NCBI RefSeq assembly: GCF_009914755.1
Contig: NC_060935.1
Direction: 5' to 3' (one strand)
Length of the DNA stretch: 64,000 nt
From: the human T2T-CHM13v2.0 reference genome, Homo sapiens
Shown here: one piece after another, positions 11,420 to 26,088 of the stretch
Layout of the letters: each line of letters begins with the position of its first letter
Position numbering within the stretch: the first letter of the stretch is position 1
Translations under genes and position numbers: made by a program
The notes under the pieces: model-generated
Database searches by the model: none
What the model saw: the letters and a program-made list of their open reading frames with translations, nothing else
Told to the model about the DNA's origin: nothing

Positions 11420-14400
11420 CTATAGCTGTTTTTATTTTGTGGATATTTTCTCTTATTTGTATTATATCCTTTCTTCTGCTTACTTTGGTTTTCCTTCACA
11501 TTTGTTTTCTAGTTCATTAAAGTTGAATGTATGGTCATTAACTTGAGGCCTTATAACTTTTTATTACAGTGCTATAAATTTTTCCTTTAGTACTGCATTA
11601 ACTAATCCCTACAAATTGTGAGGCTGTGTTTTCATTTTCTTTTAGTTCAAAATACAGAAAAATATCCTAAATTCGACTTTTATTTCTCCTGTAATCCATG
11701 AGTCATTGTATTGTTTAGCTTTTATATATATATTTGAGTTTTCTTAGATATTATATTACTGTTGAATTTATAATTTAATTCCACTAAATTTATAATTTAA
11801 TTCCATGCTTTATACATTTTGAATCCTTTTAAATTTGGTAAGACTTGTTTAACAGCCCAGAATGCAGTCAAGTTTGGGTAATATTCTGTATACAATTGAA
11901 AAGAATGCTCATTCTGCTGTTGTTGCGTGGAGTGTTCTCTAAATATCAATTAGATCAGGATGGGTAGTAGTGTTCGTGTCTTCTACATCCTCACTGCATT
12001 TCAGTTTTCTTCCTTATTAGTTATTGCAAAAGGGATATACAATATCTGGATAATAGTAGACACATATTTGTCCTTAATGTTCTAGCAATTTCTGATACAT
12101 TTATTTTGATCCTCTGTTATTAGGTGCATAAAAGTTTATAATTACAATATACTTTTGATGAATTAAACCCTTCGTGTTTACAAAATGACACTCTTTATCT
12201 TGGTAATATTCTTTGCTTAGAAATTGGCTTTGTCTGATATTATTATTTCTCTCCCAGGTCTCTCTGATTAGTTTGAAATGGCATATTTTTCATCTGTTTG
12301 TGTTTAAGCAATATGTGTCTATTTTAAATGCTTTTTTAGGCTCCATATAGTTGAGTTTTCCTTTTTTATGTACTCTAGTAATCTCTAAGTTTTAATTGGA
12401 GTGTTAAGAGCATTTACATTGGATGTGATTATTAATAGTTTTTTGTTTTAAAATCCCATATTACTATTTGTTTTCTAGTTTGCTTTTGTTATTTTTCTGC
12501 TTTCCTTTGAATTTGAGTATATTTTATGATTCAATTTTGTCTATTTCGTTAAATTATTACCTATATCTCTTTACAATATTTTCTAGCGGTTACTTTATGT
12601 ATTATTGTGTATAACTTTAAATTTTCTCAGTCTACTTTCAAGAAATATTAAGCCACTTTACCTATAAATATAAAATCATGATATTATACTTGCATGTTTT
12701 ACTTTTTGATTTTCATTCTGTTGTTTACATTTTACATTGACATATAAAGCTCACATTATTGGTTATTTTTTTGCATTAAACAGTCCATTACATTTTTATT
12801 TAAAGGCTTTATTTTTATAATGGTTTAAAATTTAAAGAAAAAAATGAGCAGATAGTAAAGATCATTCTCATACATCTCTAAAACCCGTGCATACAACTTT
12901 CCTTATTATTAATATCTTGAATTAATATGGTAGATTTATTACAACTCAGGAAACAATATTGGCACATTATCATTAACTAAGGTCAATATTTATATTTTTT
13001 TTAATTTTTACTGGATGGCCTTTTTTGTGTGTGCTGGAATCCCATCCAGGGTACCACACTATATTTCCTTGTAATGTTTATAAATGGCTGTAGTAGCCTG
13101 TCAGGCTTTCTTGTTTTTGATGACCTTGACAGTTCTGAGGAGTACTCAACAGCTATATTGTAGGATCACTCTTTATTAAAATTGTATGATTTTTTTCCAT
13201 GATTATACTAGGGCTACTGGCTATTGAAAAGAAGGCAAAAGATATAAAATGCTGTTTCCATCGTAATCAACGTGACTTATGACTGTATATGTTGAACTTG
13301 ATTGCTAGGCTGAAGTAGTGTTTGTCAGGTTTCTCCACTGTATGTTTCTCTCTATACTCCTACTACTCCCAACACGCACATACTGTATCCTTATAAAGGA
13401 AGTCATTATGCAAAGCACACATTAAGGAGTAGAATAATCTTTTCAAGAAGTTTAGATAGTAAGTAAAATTGTCTTGCATATTTTCCCCACATATTTACCA
13501 GTGTAGATCTACATTTTCATTTTACATTATTTTTTTACAGACTAGAGGATCTTGTTAACGTTTCTTGTAAAACAGGATCTGACTGTGATAAGTTATTTAA
13601 GTTTTTGTACTTCATTAACAACTTTTACTTTATTTTAATTCAGTATGGAAGTCTAGGTTTTTTTTTTCTTTCACTATCTTAAAGATATTGTTTCACTATT
13701 TTCTAGCTTGCATTGTTTCTGATAAAAGCTCTGCTGTTGAAATTACCTTCATTTATTGTACCTAATGCACCTTTTTTTCTTTGTCAACTTTTAAAGATTC
13801 TCTTTATCACTGTTTTTTAGCCATTTGACTGTAATAGGCTTTGGTGTTACTTCCTTTATGCATATCGTGGTTGGTGTTTTTGGTGCTGCTTTTCAGTTGT
13901 ACTAAACTATTTGTGCATTTATAGATTTTACTAAATTTGGATGCTTTTCTGCCATTATTTATTCCTCTACACGGAGGACTACAATGACATAACATTAGGC
14001 CACATGAATTTCCCACAGATCACTGATCTTTTTCAGTTTTTTCTATTTTTTTCCTATCTTTAATTTTGGTTAATTACTATTGTTATGTCTTCAAGTTCAC
14101 TAAGATTTTCCATGCCATTCTCTAATATACTGTTAATAACATTCATTGTATTTTAAATTATAGTAATAATTTTTTATCTTTAGATTTTTGATTAGTGTTT
14201 GCTTTATATTCTACATGTCTCTAATTAACATGTTCATGTTTACAATCTTGTAGAGGTAAAAATTATTATAATAACTCATTCACCATCTTCATCTATTAAT
14301 TACATCATATGCCATTTCCAGGTCAGTATCTATTGACTGGATTTCTTCCTATTTTCTTGATTTTTGTATGCCTGGTAGGTTGAGATGCGCCCTATGTAAG

Positions 14401-14730
14401 CTTTATAGATGGTTTTCTCTCATGTGTGTAATGGTTGTGTGGTGATCTTCTGGAAAACCAAGAGAATTTCTTTGCACACATCCAGTGTTCTTGTTCTGAG
14501 CTTATTTCTCCCCGTTTGTACTATGCCCTGAAAACTATCACTGGTAGCTAGCTTGGGTATCCAGTCTCCCAGCTCCATGTTTTTAACTTTTGGAGATCAC
14601 CTGGCTTTGCCTGAATTCTCCCACCACACACTGTGGCCTGGAAACTTTCTAGCCGTTAAACCTGGGATATCATAAGGCTTATCTGTTTTGTTTTCTATAT
14701 CTGAGACTTCACTATATTTTCCTGATATTC
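11420..14730 (-). mobile_element. Old L1M (ORF2/ORF1/5'UTR remnants) containing a nested L1MC-like 3' fragment (~12800-13430)
   Basis: Long T-rich stretch with antisense L1 motifs: gctataaattttcctttagtactgc, ttgaaaagaatgctcattctgctgttgttg, ctctgttattaggtgcata, ccatttacattggatgtgatt, ttgcattgtttctgataaaag. Confidence 0.75.
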
Positions 14731-14904
14731 CAACTTAAACATAAGTGGAAGTCCTCAGATAAAATTGAGTACTAGAGATTGACAGGGATAGTATATGATG
14801 ATAACAGACTCATTAAAAATAAAGAATTTAAATATGTATATAACTATATACTTTCCCCATTTGCCTGAAATATGATACCAAGATAGGTATTTTATTTTAT
14901 TTTT

Positions 14905-15212
14905 TAAATTTCTTTTGTTTGTTTGTTTTTTGAGACAGAGTCTCGCTCTTTCACCCAGCCTGGAGTGCAGTGGCAGATCTCTGCTCTCTGCAGCCTCTGA
15001 CTCCTAGGTTCAAACAATTCTCATGCCTCAGCCTCCTGAGTAGCTGGGATTACAGGCACCCACCACCACGTCTGGCTAATTTTTTGTATTTTTAGTAGAG
15101 ATCGGGTTTCATCATGTTGGCCAGGCTGGTCTCGAACTCCTGGCCTCAAGTTATCCACCTGCCTCAGCCTCCCAAAGCACTGGGATTACTGGCATGAACC
15201 ACTGCGCCCAGC
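14905..15212 (-). mobile_element. AluS (Sx/Sz-like), full length
   Basis: tttgagacagagtctcgctct...ggtctcgaactcctggcctcaag...ccactgcgcccagc. Confidence 0.93.
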
Positions 15213-16569
15213 AGCATTTTATTTCTTAGTTACAGCAAAAGCAGTATTCAAAATGGTCATATAACTTTTTACTGTTTCTATCATTTCAATATTATATATA
15301 ATAATACTATTAGTACATAGTAAATATGTTTTTGTTATTCAATTTGTTAGATATACATATTATAGAAACTTAGAAAATTAATGTTAGATATTTAAGGTTT
15401 TGTAGTACAGTATAATATTTTTGGCAAACTGATATGTAAGTAAGGAAATATCAGGTTTTAAGATTCAAATTGATTTTCATCTATATCCTTAACACCACAT
15501 TGGTTGTTCTCTCCCTATATTCAAAAATTTTTCATATTTTCATTTCAAAAGTAAATTTAACCTTGCTTCCAACTCAAAAATGCTATTCTGGAAGCAAAAA
15601 TATGATTATGGTGTCCAAATCACTTGTGTGTATTGTATGTAAGGAATCAAAAACCACACAATAGTCATCAAAAATTAATTTTAGAATTTTATTAAATATT
15701 GTTTGAGAAAACAGGAGTGGTAAGCACTTCTGTGAAGGAAGTTTGACAACAGCAGGATAAAAGAAGACAAGTCATAGAAAAAGCTGAGAAATGATAGCCT
15801 AACATTGTAATAATAACAATCAATAATAATGACTATTGTTTTTAATGCTTACTATGAATTATAAAATCACCTCATGAGGTAGGTACTACTACTTATCACT
15901 ATTTTACTGATGGAGAAACTAAGGTACTGAGCATTTAATAACCTACTTTAAATGGCAAAGCAGAGTAAAAATCAACCTTCTGATTGGTGCTACCAGGAAT
16001 ATTTTTAAAACAGTTTTATTGAGATACGATCTACACGCCAGGGCAGGAATTTCTAAGGCAAAACATGAGACTTCAATAAGATCTGGACTTGCAATGAGTG
16101 CTTGAGGCTGCCTCCCTCTGAGCCTTGTGATATTTACTCTTTTAGTGAAACCTTGGAAGAAACACTAATTTAGTTAAGGCTTTCAACTCTCTTATTTTAA
16201 AGATAAGAATATTGAATCCCAGAGAAGGAAACAGACTTGCCTAAAGACATGTGGAATATTCACAGCAAAGAACTAGCACTTCAGACTTCAAGTTCAGTAT
16301 ACTTAACCATGTCAATTATTTAATATCTTGTCCTTTATTTTTTGTTCCTCATCCTTATTAACATACAGTTTTAATGTTGTCAATAATAATGTAGATATAA
16401 ATTGGAAGAATGTGAATTCTTTAAAACAGGTTTTCTTCTGTCAAGTTTTGTTATGTCAACTTTTGTTCTTTATGTTTTCTTCTTGGTTTGTATACCAATT
16501 TTTTTCTGCTTGTAGAGAATTTTTGAGCCAGAATTTATTGGAATCTGACTTCACTTTTAGATTTAATAT

Positions 16570-16900
16570 TTTTTATTACAGTAGATTTTATTATTTAGAA
16601 AAGTTTGAGGTTTACAGAAAAATTGAAAGGTAAGTATTGGGAGTTTCCATATATCCCCTACCCCAAACATCCACAGCCTCTCCCATTGCTAACATTCTCC
16701 ACCAGAACGTTGAGCCTACATTGACACACCATTATCACCCCAAGTTTACATTAGGCTTCACTCTTTATGTTGTGCATTCTGTGGGATTTGATAAATGTAA
16801 AACTACATGTATTTGCCATTATAGTATTATACAAAATAGTTTCACTGCCTTAAAAACCCTCTGTGCTCCACCTGTTCACTCCATTTTTCTCCCCATCAGC
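16570..16900 (-). mobile_element. L1MC/MD-type 3' end
   Basis: tttagaaaagtttgaggtttacagaaaaattg...cctacattgacacaccattatcaccc...aatagtttcactgccttaaaaaccctctgtgctccacct. Confidence 0.75.
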
Positions 16901-16941
16901 ACTATTTCCTTCTCCCTAAAGTGTCATATTTAAAATGTATC

Positions 16942-17352
<411 letters not shown>

Positions 17353-18479
17353 TCATGTGATATTATGGCATTGGTTATATTAGAAATGAAAAGCAAGACA
17401 TATCTTGATTTTTTCCTTTTCTTTATCATACCATCTCTTACAGTTTTGGTTTGAGTGGAAGAATATCAAAATGTGCCATTCTTTTCAGAAATGGAATATC
17501 TTTTTGAAAATGAAAAAGGGCCTCATATGTTCTTTCAGATGCAAGAGTCATATGACCCTCAAGAAAGACCTTCATAATATTTGATACCATCCCTTTTCTT
17601 CAGAGTCTTTCATAAATAGACACCAACCTGAATGAAACATCAAGACTCATTATCTTATCTCATAAAGTTGCTTTTGGTGATCTATTTCTCTAGATCGCTC
17701 TCATTTGTTAATGTGTTTTATTTCATACAGAGCATTGAAGGTTTAAAAGCATTCTTTTTTCACTAAGTTACATACTGGAAATGAAATGACACATTTCAGG
17801 AAGTCTTTGTAATTCAGGCAGGAAAGTTTTCAAATTACAATATCTTTTTAAATTATTAGTGTTATATCTTAATTGGGTTATATTGCCAATAAATGAGAAT
17901 TCTTCATCTACTCTTTTAAAGCTGACATTAGGCAATAAAACTTCAGCTAGAGAAATTTTGAGTGGCTTTCTTAGTAGAGATAATAACAGGCTTCCCACTC
18001 AGTAATTTCTCCTTTTCAACGCTTTGTATAAAAGGTTTTTGAACAGTAATTTTGTCAGTGTGCCTTTTTCAGTAAGTGGAGAGGGGCAAACACACATGTT
18101 GAAAGTTGTGTGAGAAGAAGCAGGACGCTGTTTATTTCACCCATCTTAAGACTTCTCTTGACAACTTAAAGACTCTTGAGAATAATAAGGAATGTCATGC
18201 AATGTTATTGAAAAATACCCATGGTAAGTGTGTAGGTGTTAGTGATAAGAAATAATAGCAATAATTAGTATTTTATTGAGATATTACATGCCAAACATTT
18301 TATATTTTTTAACTCATTTAATTCTGATGGCAACCCTGTAAGATAAAGCTATTTTCTCTCTTTTACCACAAAAGAAACTGAGATTTATTCAATCCACACA
18401 TTGAGCAAGTTTCAAAGCAGGACTTAGGAGAGAAATATTTCAAAGCACTTTTTATAAATATATTGGAAGAACCAAAATA

Positions 18480-18637
18480 AACTATGTTTAAAAATTAAAG
18501 TATGACAATATAACTCTTCAAACAGAAATTATTAATTAAAAGACATTTTTAAAAGGACCAAATGGAGCTTTTACAGTGAAAAGTCCAATGAAAGAGGTAA
18601 AGAAATTCACCAGGGAAGCTCAACAATAGATTTGAGT
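18480..18637 (+). mobile_element. Old L1M ORF1-like fragment
   Basis: aaaaggaccaaatggagcttttacagtgaaaagtccaatg...aaattcaccagggaagctcaacaatagatttgag resembles the L1M ORF1 coiled-coil region. Confidence 0.5.
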
Positions 18638-19353
18638 TAATATCACCATTGATGGTCTTGTATGATTATTGTTTACATGGTATTTTCTTTATATGCTAAT
18701 GCTTTTACATTCTCAAGCCTTTGAATCTATAATGTGTCCCTTATAGTCAGCGTATAGTTGAATCTTGCTCTTCCACCCAGTCTGATGATCTTCTGTACAT
18801 TTTCTGAATTCTTTTTGTTTATAATTGGCACATAATTGTATATTATTTGTGGGGTACAGTGTGATGTTTCAATACATGCATATATTGTATAACAATCAAG
18901 TTAGAGTAGTTAGCATGTCTGTGACCTCGCACTTTTATCATTTCTTTGTGGTGATAACTTTTAAGATCTTCTTTCCTGGGTATCTTGAAATATACGATAC
19001 AGTTTTATTAACTGTAGTGAATCAACAGGTACGGGTACATAGGAAAAATAAGTTCTGCTCTTTTCTACATTTTAATTAAAGTGTCTAGTCCAGTTGTACT
19101 TAATGTAATTCTTTATATAGCTACATTTAGAGCTACCATTTTACTCTTTTTATTTATTTTCATGTTTTAAATTACATTTAAAAGATATTTTCTTATGGGT
19201 TTTTCTAGTAACTAAAAAACACCTCTTAATTTATCATAGTGACTTCGTGTTAGTATTGACTTAAATCCCATTAAAAATAGAAACTTTATCCCGATATAAA
19301 TACTTTCAATTCTTCCTTCATCCTTTCTGTCATTATTGCTATATATATATACA

Positions 19354-19756
19354 TTTGTATTTAGTAGAGATGGGGTTTCACCATGTTGGCCAGGATGATC
19401 TCGATCTCTTGATCTTGTGATCTGCCCACCTCAGCCTCCCAAAGTGCTGGGATTATAGGTATAAGCCACCGCGCCCGGCCTAGTTTGTGAAATCTAGAAG
19501 TTCTCCCACCAGAAAATGCAGGTATGTTTTGGTAAGTGAGACGGGGGAAAAAATAATGACCTAAAACTTCTCAAATTCTCACCAGTTACATTGTTGTTAG
19601 ACAGTAGAAACTAGGATATAAAATACAAATAAAAATTTAGCCTCCATTTTTAACTCAGGTGCTTTTACTGGTGGGGGAAGAGACAATGGCAGTTCCAGCA
19701 CTTTTGGAAAAACATACAGTACAAAGGGTAATCCACACATCTTTTTATTGGCAAAA
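19354..19756 (-). repeat. Inverted local duplication of 21067-21465 (includes Alu left arm at 19354-19480)
   Basis: Reverse complement aligns end to end with 21067-21465; I count 4 substitutions in ~180 bp of the unique part and one 4-bp indel. Confidence 0.95.
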
Positions 19757-19833
19757 ATGACATATACATATATACATTATTGTTATATATATATACACAC
19801 ACATTATTGCTATATATATATATATATATATAT
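19757..19833. repeat. (TA)n microsatellite with reiterated cattattg(c/t)tatatatata
   Basis: Motif at 19331, ~19775 and ~19802, bracketing the inverted insert. Confidence 0.85.
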
Positions 19834-21245
19834 CTCACCAAGGTTAAAATATACTGCTGTATTCTTATTCTTGTTTTACACAACCTTACTTTTTAAAATA
19901 ATTAAGAGAAGAAGAGACAAATATAAGTAATTAAGAGAAAGAGAGACAAAATATAAATAACACAGATTTTTCTTGGCTACCTATTTACAATTTCTACCAC
20001 TCTTCATTTCCTGCTGTAGGTGTAACTTATTGTCTAGTGTCCATGTCTTTGATTTGGAGAGCATTCTTTATTACTGTAGGGCAGGTATAGCAGTGTTGTC
20101 TCGTGGCTTTCTTTCTTCTTTTTTTCTTCTGGGAATGTGGTAACATGGTTTTGAGTTTTGAAAGGTAATTTGACAGATGTAGTATAGTTGTTACAAGATT
20201 TTTTTTTGTTTTCAGCAAATGAAACGTCATTCTGCTTCCCTCTAGCCACTTTTTTTTCCATTGAGAAGTCAGTTAATCATATTTACTTTCCTGTACTGAT
20301 GTTTGTTTTTTTCTCATTACTTTTAAGACTTTTGTTTTTGTCTTTGGTTTTCAATACTTGGGCTATGTTGTGTCTAATTACATATCTCTTTGTAGTTATC
20401 TTTTTTGGGATTCATTGAGATTTTAAAATCTTATATTAATATTTTTAACTCAAATTTGAGAAGTTTTAGGTCACTATTTTTTCCCCTATTTCGCTTACCA
20501 AAACACGCCTGCATTTTCTGGCAGGAGAACGTCTAGATTTCACAAGCAAACCTGCCCTGGCAAAGCCCATTCTTGCCAAATGAGCTGAGTGGTGGGGACT
20601 GGGAACAATGCTAGACAAGAAATCTATAGAATTCCATTGTTCTAACTAAAATGGTTAGATTTTTTAATAAACAAATGCTTTTCAATGTATTGTCTGCTTT
20701 CCAGAGACCTAATCATTGTTTGTGAGAATTTTATCCTGTTTTACACTTATTTTTGGGGAAAAGATGTATTTATCTCTTTTTGCAATCAAATCCAGAAGGC
20801 AGAGGCTTTTCTCTTATTTTTATTTTTTAAATGTCTCTCTCTACATCTTACATAATTATACACAGATCACATTTTTTACATTATAATAAGAATAAAAAGC
20901 AGATATTTCCTAAACATGATTTTTATTTCATTTTGAACATTATTTCCATAATTATTCCCTACCTTTTAATTTGCACCTTCTATTATGTCTCAGTAATTCA
21001 TTTTTAAAAACATATTTTAAACATATTGACTTATTCTCATATGTGGTGATAGTTATGTAGACTAACTTTTGCCAATAAAAAGATATGTGGATTATCCTTT
21101 GTACTGTATGTTTTTCCAAAAGTGCTGGAACTGCCATTGTCTCTTCCCCCGCCAGTAAAAGCACCTGAGTTAAAAATGGAGACTAAATTTTTATTTGTAT
21201 TTTATATCCTAGTTTCTACTGTCTAACAACAATGTAACTGGTGAG

Positions 21246-21330
21246 AATTTGAGAAGTTTTAGGTCATTATTTTTTCCCCTGTCTCACCAAAACACGCCTG
21301 CATTTTCTGGCGGGAGAACTTCTAGATTTC

Positions 21331-21334
<4 letters not shown>
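21246..21334 (+). repeat. Direct copy of 20453-20545
   Basis: aatttgagaagttttaggtca(t/c)tattttttcccct...accaaaacacgcctgcattttctggc(g/a)ggagaac(t/g)tctagatttcacaa in both. Confidence 0.95.
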
Positions 21335-21791
<457 letters not shown>

Positions 21792-22942
21792 TCTGTTGAT
21801 TATATCTCTGAAGTTTTAAGGTATGAATGGCTGTAGAAGAAAATATTGTAACTACCAGGAGCAAGTGGGGAATGGCATATCATTCCCCAAAAATACCAGG
21901 AGATCATTTTTGGAAGAGTATGCATATATCTCTGCTTCAAAAATGACTTTTTGTGCACTGGAGAAATACTCCCTAGTTATTCATTTATTACATTACCCAG
22001 AATAGCCAAACATTACAGGAGAAATCACAACATTTACCGCCAACTTCTTGAAATTCAATATCTTTCTGTTTTAAGGGGAGGCGGCCATCATTTTTGTTCA
22101 AAATTTATTTTTTTCTGAAGTACTTAATAGTATATTAACTAGATTCTTTAAAATATTTGAAAAGTGTTTTTTGGGGGGTGTTTATTTCAATATTTTTTCT
22201 ATTTTTGTGACTTCATATGTACTTTATTGGGAAGTTAGAGAGATTCATAATGCCTCAGATAATATATGAGTACAAAATCCATTGTAAAATTTTGACAAAT
22301 CTCAGAACTAATTTATTTATTTATAAAATTTATTTATAAAAAGAATCCTTAGAATCCTTTTATAAAAATCCTTAGAATCCTTAATTCTAAAGATATTTTA
22401 ATTTATAATGATTATCTTTCTAAAGTTGTGAATACATAAAAATGGATATGTATCTGCAACATTGGTGCAATTCTGCAAATAGCTTGGTCTTTGTAAAGTG
22501 TATCTAAGTTATTTCAAATAATTTACTACCTTCAAAAAGTCAATTCCTTTTTAAATCTCTGATTCAGAAAGCAAGTATATATAATTTTATGTAAGTATTT
22601 GTATATAATATAGATGTATTTGCATATATAATTATATTAATACTAAATTTACCTTTTTTAAATGGTGAAATTTAGAAACTATAAAAATATCAATTATTAT
22701 AAATATGAGTAATTAAGTAAAGATAAGTCCATATATTTTAATATAGTATAGCTCATTCAAAATTATATTATGGTATGGTTAATTTTAACATTTGACATTT
22801 TTACAAATTGTATGTGTCACATGGGTAATTAAAACAACAACAAGAAGGAAACCATTAATCTACATTGTAAATATAAAACTGAAGTCTAGAATATTAAGAT
22901 TCCATAATATATCTGATATTTTTACTTATGAAAATGCATACC

Positions 22943-23294
22943 TGTCTTGTTCATTCAGGCTACTGTAACAAAAACCATAAACTGGATGGCTTACAAACAA
23001 AAATTATTTCTCACAGTTCTAGAGGCCAGAAAGTTTAAGATCAAGGCTCCATCAGATTTTGTGCCTGGTGATTGCCCACTTTCTTGTCAATAGCTCTTTT
23101 CTCTAACCTCACATGTAAGAACAGAAAATGGGTTTCTCTTAGGCCTCTTTGATAAGAGCACTAATCCATTCACATGGGTTCTGCCCCCATGACCTAATCT
23201 TCACCCACTAAAGGTCCCACCTCCTAACACCACATTTGAAGTGAAGATTTCCACCTGTGAATTTGGTGGGGACACAAACTTTCAGAATATAACA
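22943..23294 (-). mobile_element. MLT1A-type MaLR solo LTR
   Basis: tgtcttgttcattcaggctactgtaacaaaaaccataaactggatggctt...tctcacagttctagaggc...ggggacacaaactttcagaatataaca. Confidence 0.85.
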
Positions 23295-23858
23295 GTATCT
23301 AGTAATAAATTTCAATAATAACAGCTAAAATGGCAACCGAGTACCTAAAATATATGTATACAGTGCTAAATGGCTCATAAGTATTAAATCATTTAATTTT
23401 TATAGGGAATATTTTCAAATGAAGAAATAAGAACAGATAAGTTACATAATGTACCCAAGTTCATATATACTGGCAAATCATAGGACTGAAGATAAAACAT
23501 AGCAAATATGGTCCCAAGAGCCCATAGCATTAATCACTACCATTGCATTTATGGATATCTGTTTATCTAATATATCGCTAAAGTAATTTCATACTTTTTA
23601 TTGGTTTTATATATTGCTAAAAAGACCTAATTTTCCTTGAACTGCATTTAGTACATCTGGGTCTATTTGTTTGAAAGTCACTAGATTTAATTTATTCTAT
23701 AGGCCAGGTTCATCACTGAGATATAGACAAATAGGAAGGGTGAGATTTCTGAAACTGATGTTACTTTATCAAAAGTTAGGCTGCAAGGGTCTTCTCGATT
23801 GATCCCTGATAAAACAGAGTTGATGCTGTGTAGAAGTTATTGACAGGAACCTATTGAC

Positions 23859-23972
23859 AACTCACAATTACCAAGCTCCTATTTTCAACCAATTGAAAGT
23901 ATCCGTAAAAAGATATGAGAGTCATATGACAATGTCAATTGGTTGAAAATAGAAGCTTGGTAATTGCAAGTT
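23859..23972. repeat. Inverted repeat: 38-bp arms (35/38), 38-nt spacer
   Basis: aactcacaattaccaagctcctattttcaaccaattga (23859-23896) vs tcaattggttgaaaatagaagcttggtaattgcaagtt (23935-23972). Confidence 0.92.
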
Positions 23973-24387
23973 ATCTTCTACTTTACCATACTGCCTTTCT
24001 AAATTTCGAATACTTTTCCTGACTATTCCAAATTTCAGGTATAATTTCAGCTAATGACTATTCCTCACTTTCCCAAACAGTATTTTTAATTCAATCACAG
24101 CTCAGCCCTATGCTCTTGGGCAGATAGATGGATTTGACTAAATATTTTTTCCTCCCTCCCAAACATCTTTCTGTTCTTCAATCCTCATATCCAAAGTGCT
24201 AAGGATTTTACCTTTAGCACTTCAGGGAGCCCAAAGTATTTCCATAATTTTTGTTTGCTGAAATTTGAATTATTGAGGAAATTATATATTTGAGACAACT
24301 TGTGCCAAACTTAGACATTCTTTTTGTATTTTATGCTCTATCGGAAAAAATATACTCCAGATGACCAGATTTAAAGTAAACAAACTA

Positions 24388-24796
<409 letters not shown>

Positions 24797-25709
24797 CTAG
24801 ACAACTGTCAGGATACAAGATATGGCTTTTGTACCTTATTCCATTATCGTATAGACTTTTATCCCCTATTAACATACTAAAGTCCATTCGAACAAAATGA
24901 ATATGAATGATAATAAGAATAAGGTAATGGATGTATTTTTTAATAGATACATCAGAAATTTTTTTAACATGAAATTACTGGTACAGGAGTTGTTTTTATT
25001 TGTTCATTAACTTCTACTTTTATTTTCAAAAGAGGTGCACAACAATGGCAGCCTTAGTTCCAACTCTCACTTTACCCCAGTTTAAGTGAAAGACCAGTAT
25101 AGTTAAAGAGTCATTTGATCTTAATTCAAGAGTATTAGATGAAAGCACAGTATTGATAATTTTTTTTATCAGGTGTCAGCACTGCTCCAGTTAATTATGG
25201 GTAAGAATGAGGAACAGTCTAGTACAATCACACCTGCCAGTACCAAAACTGAAATTGTTATCAGAGAAGGAAGCATAGTTTGAGGTTTGTTAGAGGTTGA
25301 AATATTGTTTATTGTATTACTAATGCATGCATTGTCAGCCCTGTTTCTGAGACAAAATCCTACTACTGGGGTGCAGTATTTCAAAAGCACATATAATATG
25401 AATTACCTGTTTCACAACCAAATCTTCCATACTTTTGATTCAGAGGTCCTTTCTTACAATGAATGTGGCTGATAATGGATTAGATTGTATTGTAGACTCT
25501 TTTGTGGTTATCATTTTTTATATTGTTTTCTTAAAAGATATATCTAAATGGATAGCTAAGGAAGGTTAAGTCTGAGCTGTTAGCTGTCTATTCACCTCAA
25601 ATGTTCTTTTCTTTCATTTAGAAGAATAACATAAATGAGAAATCTTTTTAATATTGCTTTCATGGTTGATATTGTTACTATTATTACTTTCCTTTCCTGT
25701 ATCTATAAG

Positions 25710-26088
25710 TGTATTAGTCCATTCTCATGCTGCTAATGAAGACATAAAAGAGACTGGGTAATTTATAAAAAAAAGAAGTTTAATTGACTCACAGTTCGTC
25801 ATGGCTGGAGAGGCCTCAGTAAAGTTACAATCATGACAGAAGAGGAAACAAACATGTCCTTCTTCACATGATGGTGGGAAGGAGAAGTGCTGAACAAAAC
25901 AGGGGAAAGCCCTTTATGAAACTATCAGATCTTGTGAGAACTCATTCATTATCAAGAGAACAGCAGCATGGGAATAACCACCTCCATGATTCAATTATCT
26001 GGCACCAGGCCCCTCCCATAACAGGTGGGGATTATAGGAACTACAATTCAAGATGAGATTTGGATGGGGACACAGCCAGGCCATATCA
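25710..26088 (-). mobile_element. THE1D/MST-type MaLR solo LTR
   Basis: tgtattagtccattctcatgctgctaatgaagacata...ggggacacagccaggccatatca; TSD ataag/atcag. Confidence 0.88.

Larger units (their letters stand above)
18640..20750 (-). mobile_element. Old L1M remnant with a nested L1MA 3' fragment (~18815-19020) and a templated insert (19354-19756)
   Basis: Antisense L1 motifs: cagcgtatagttgaatcttgc, ttttaattaaagtgtctagtccagttgtacttaatgtaatt, tccattgagaagtcag, caaatttgagaagttttaggtcactatt. Confidence 0.7.

Noticed and set aside
11765-11805. Short tandem duplications (also 19899-19958, 50984-51004, 61055-61096)
   Set aside because: Ordinary slippage products inside old repeats.
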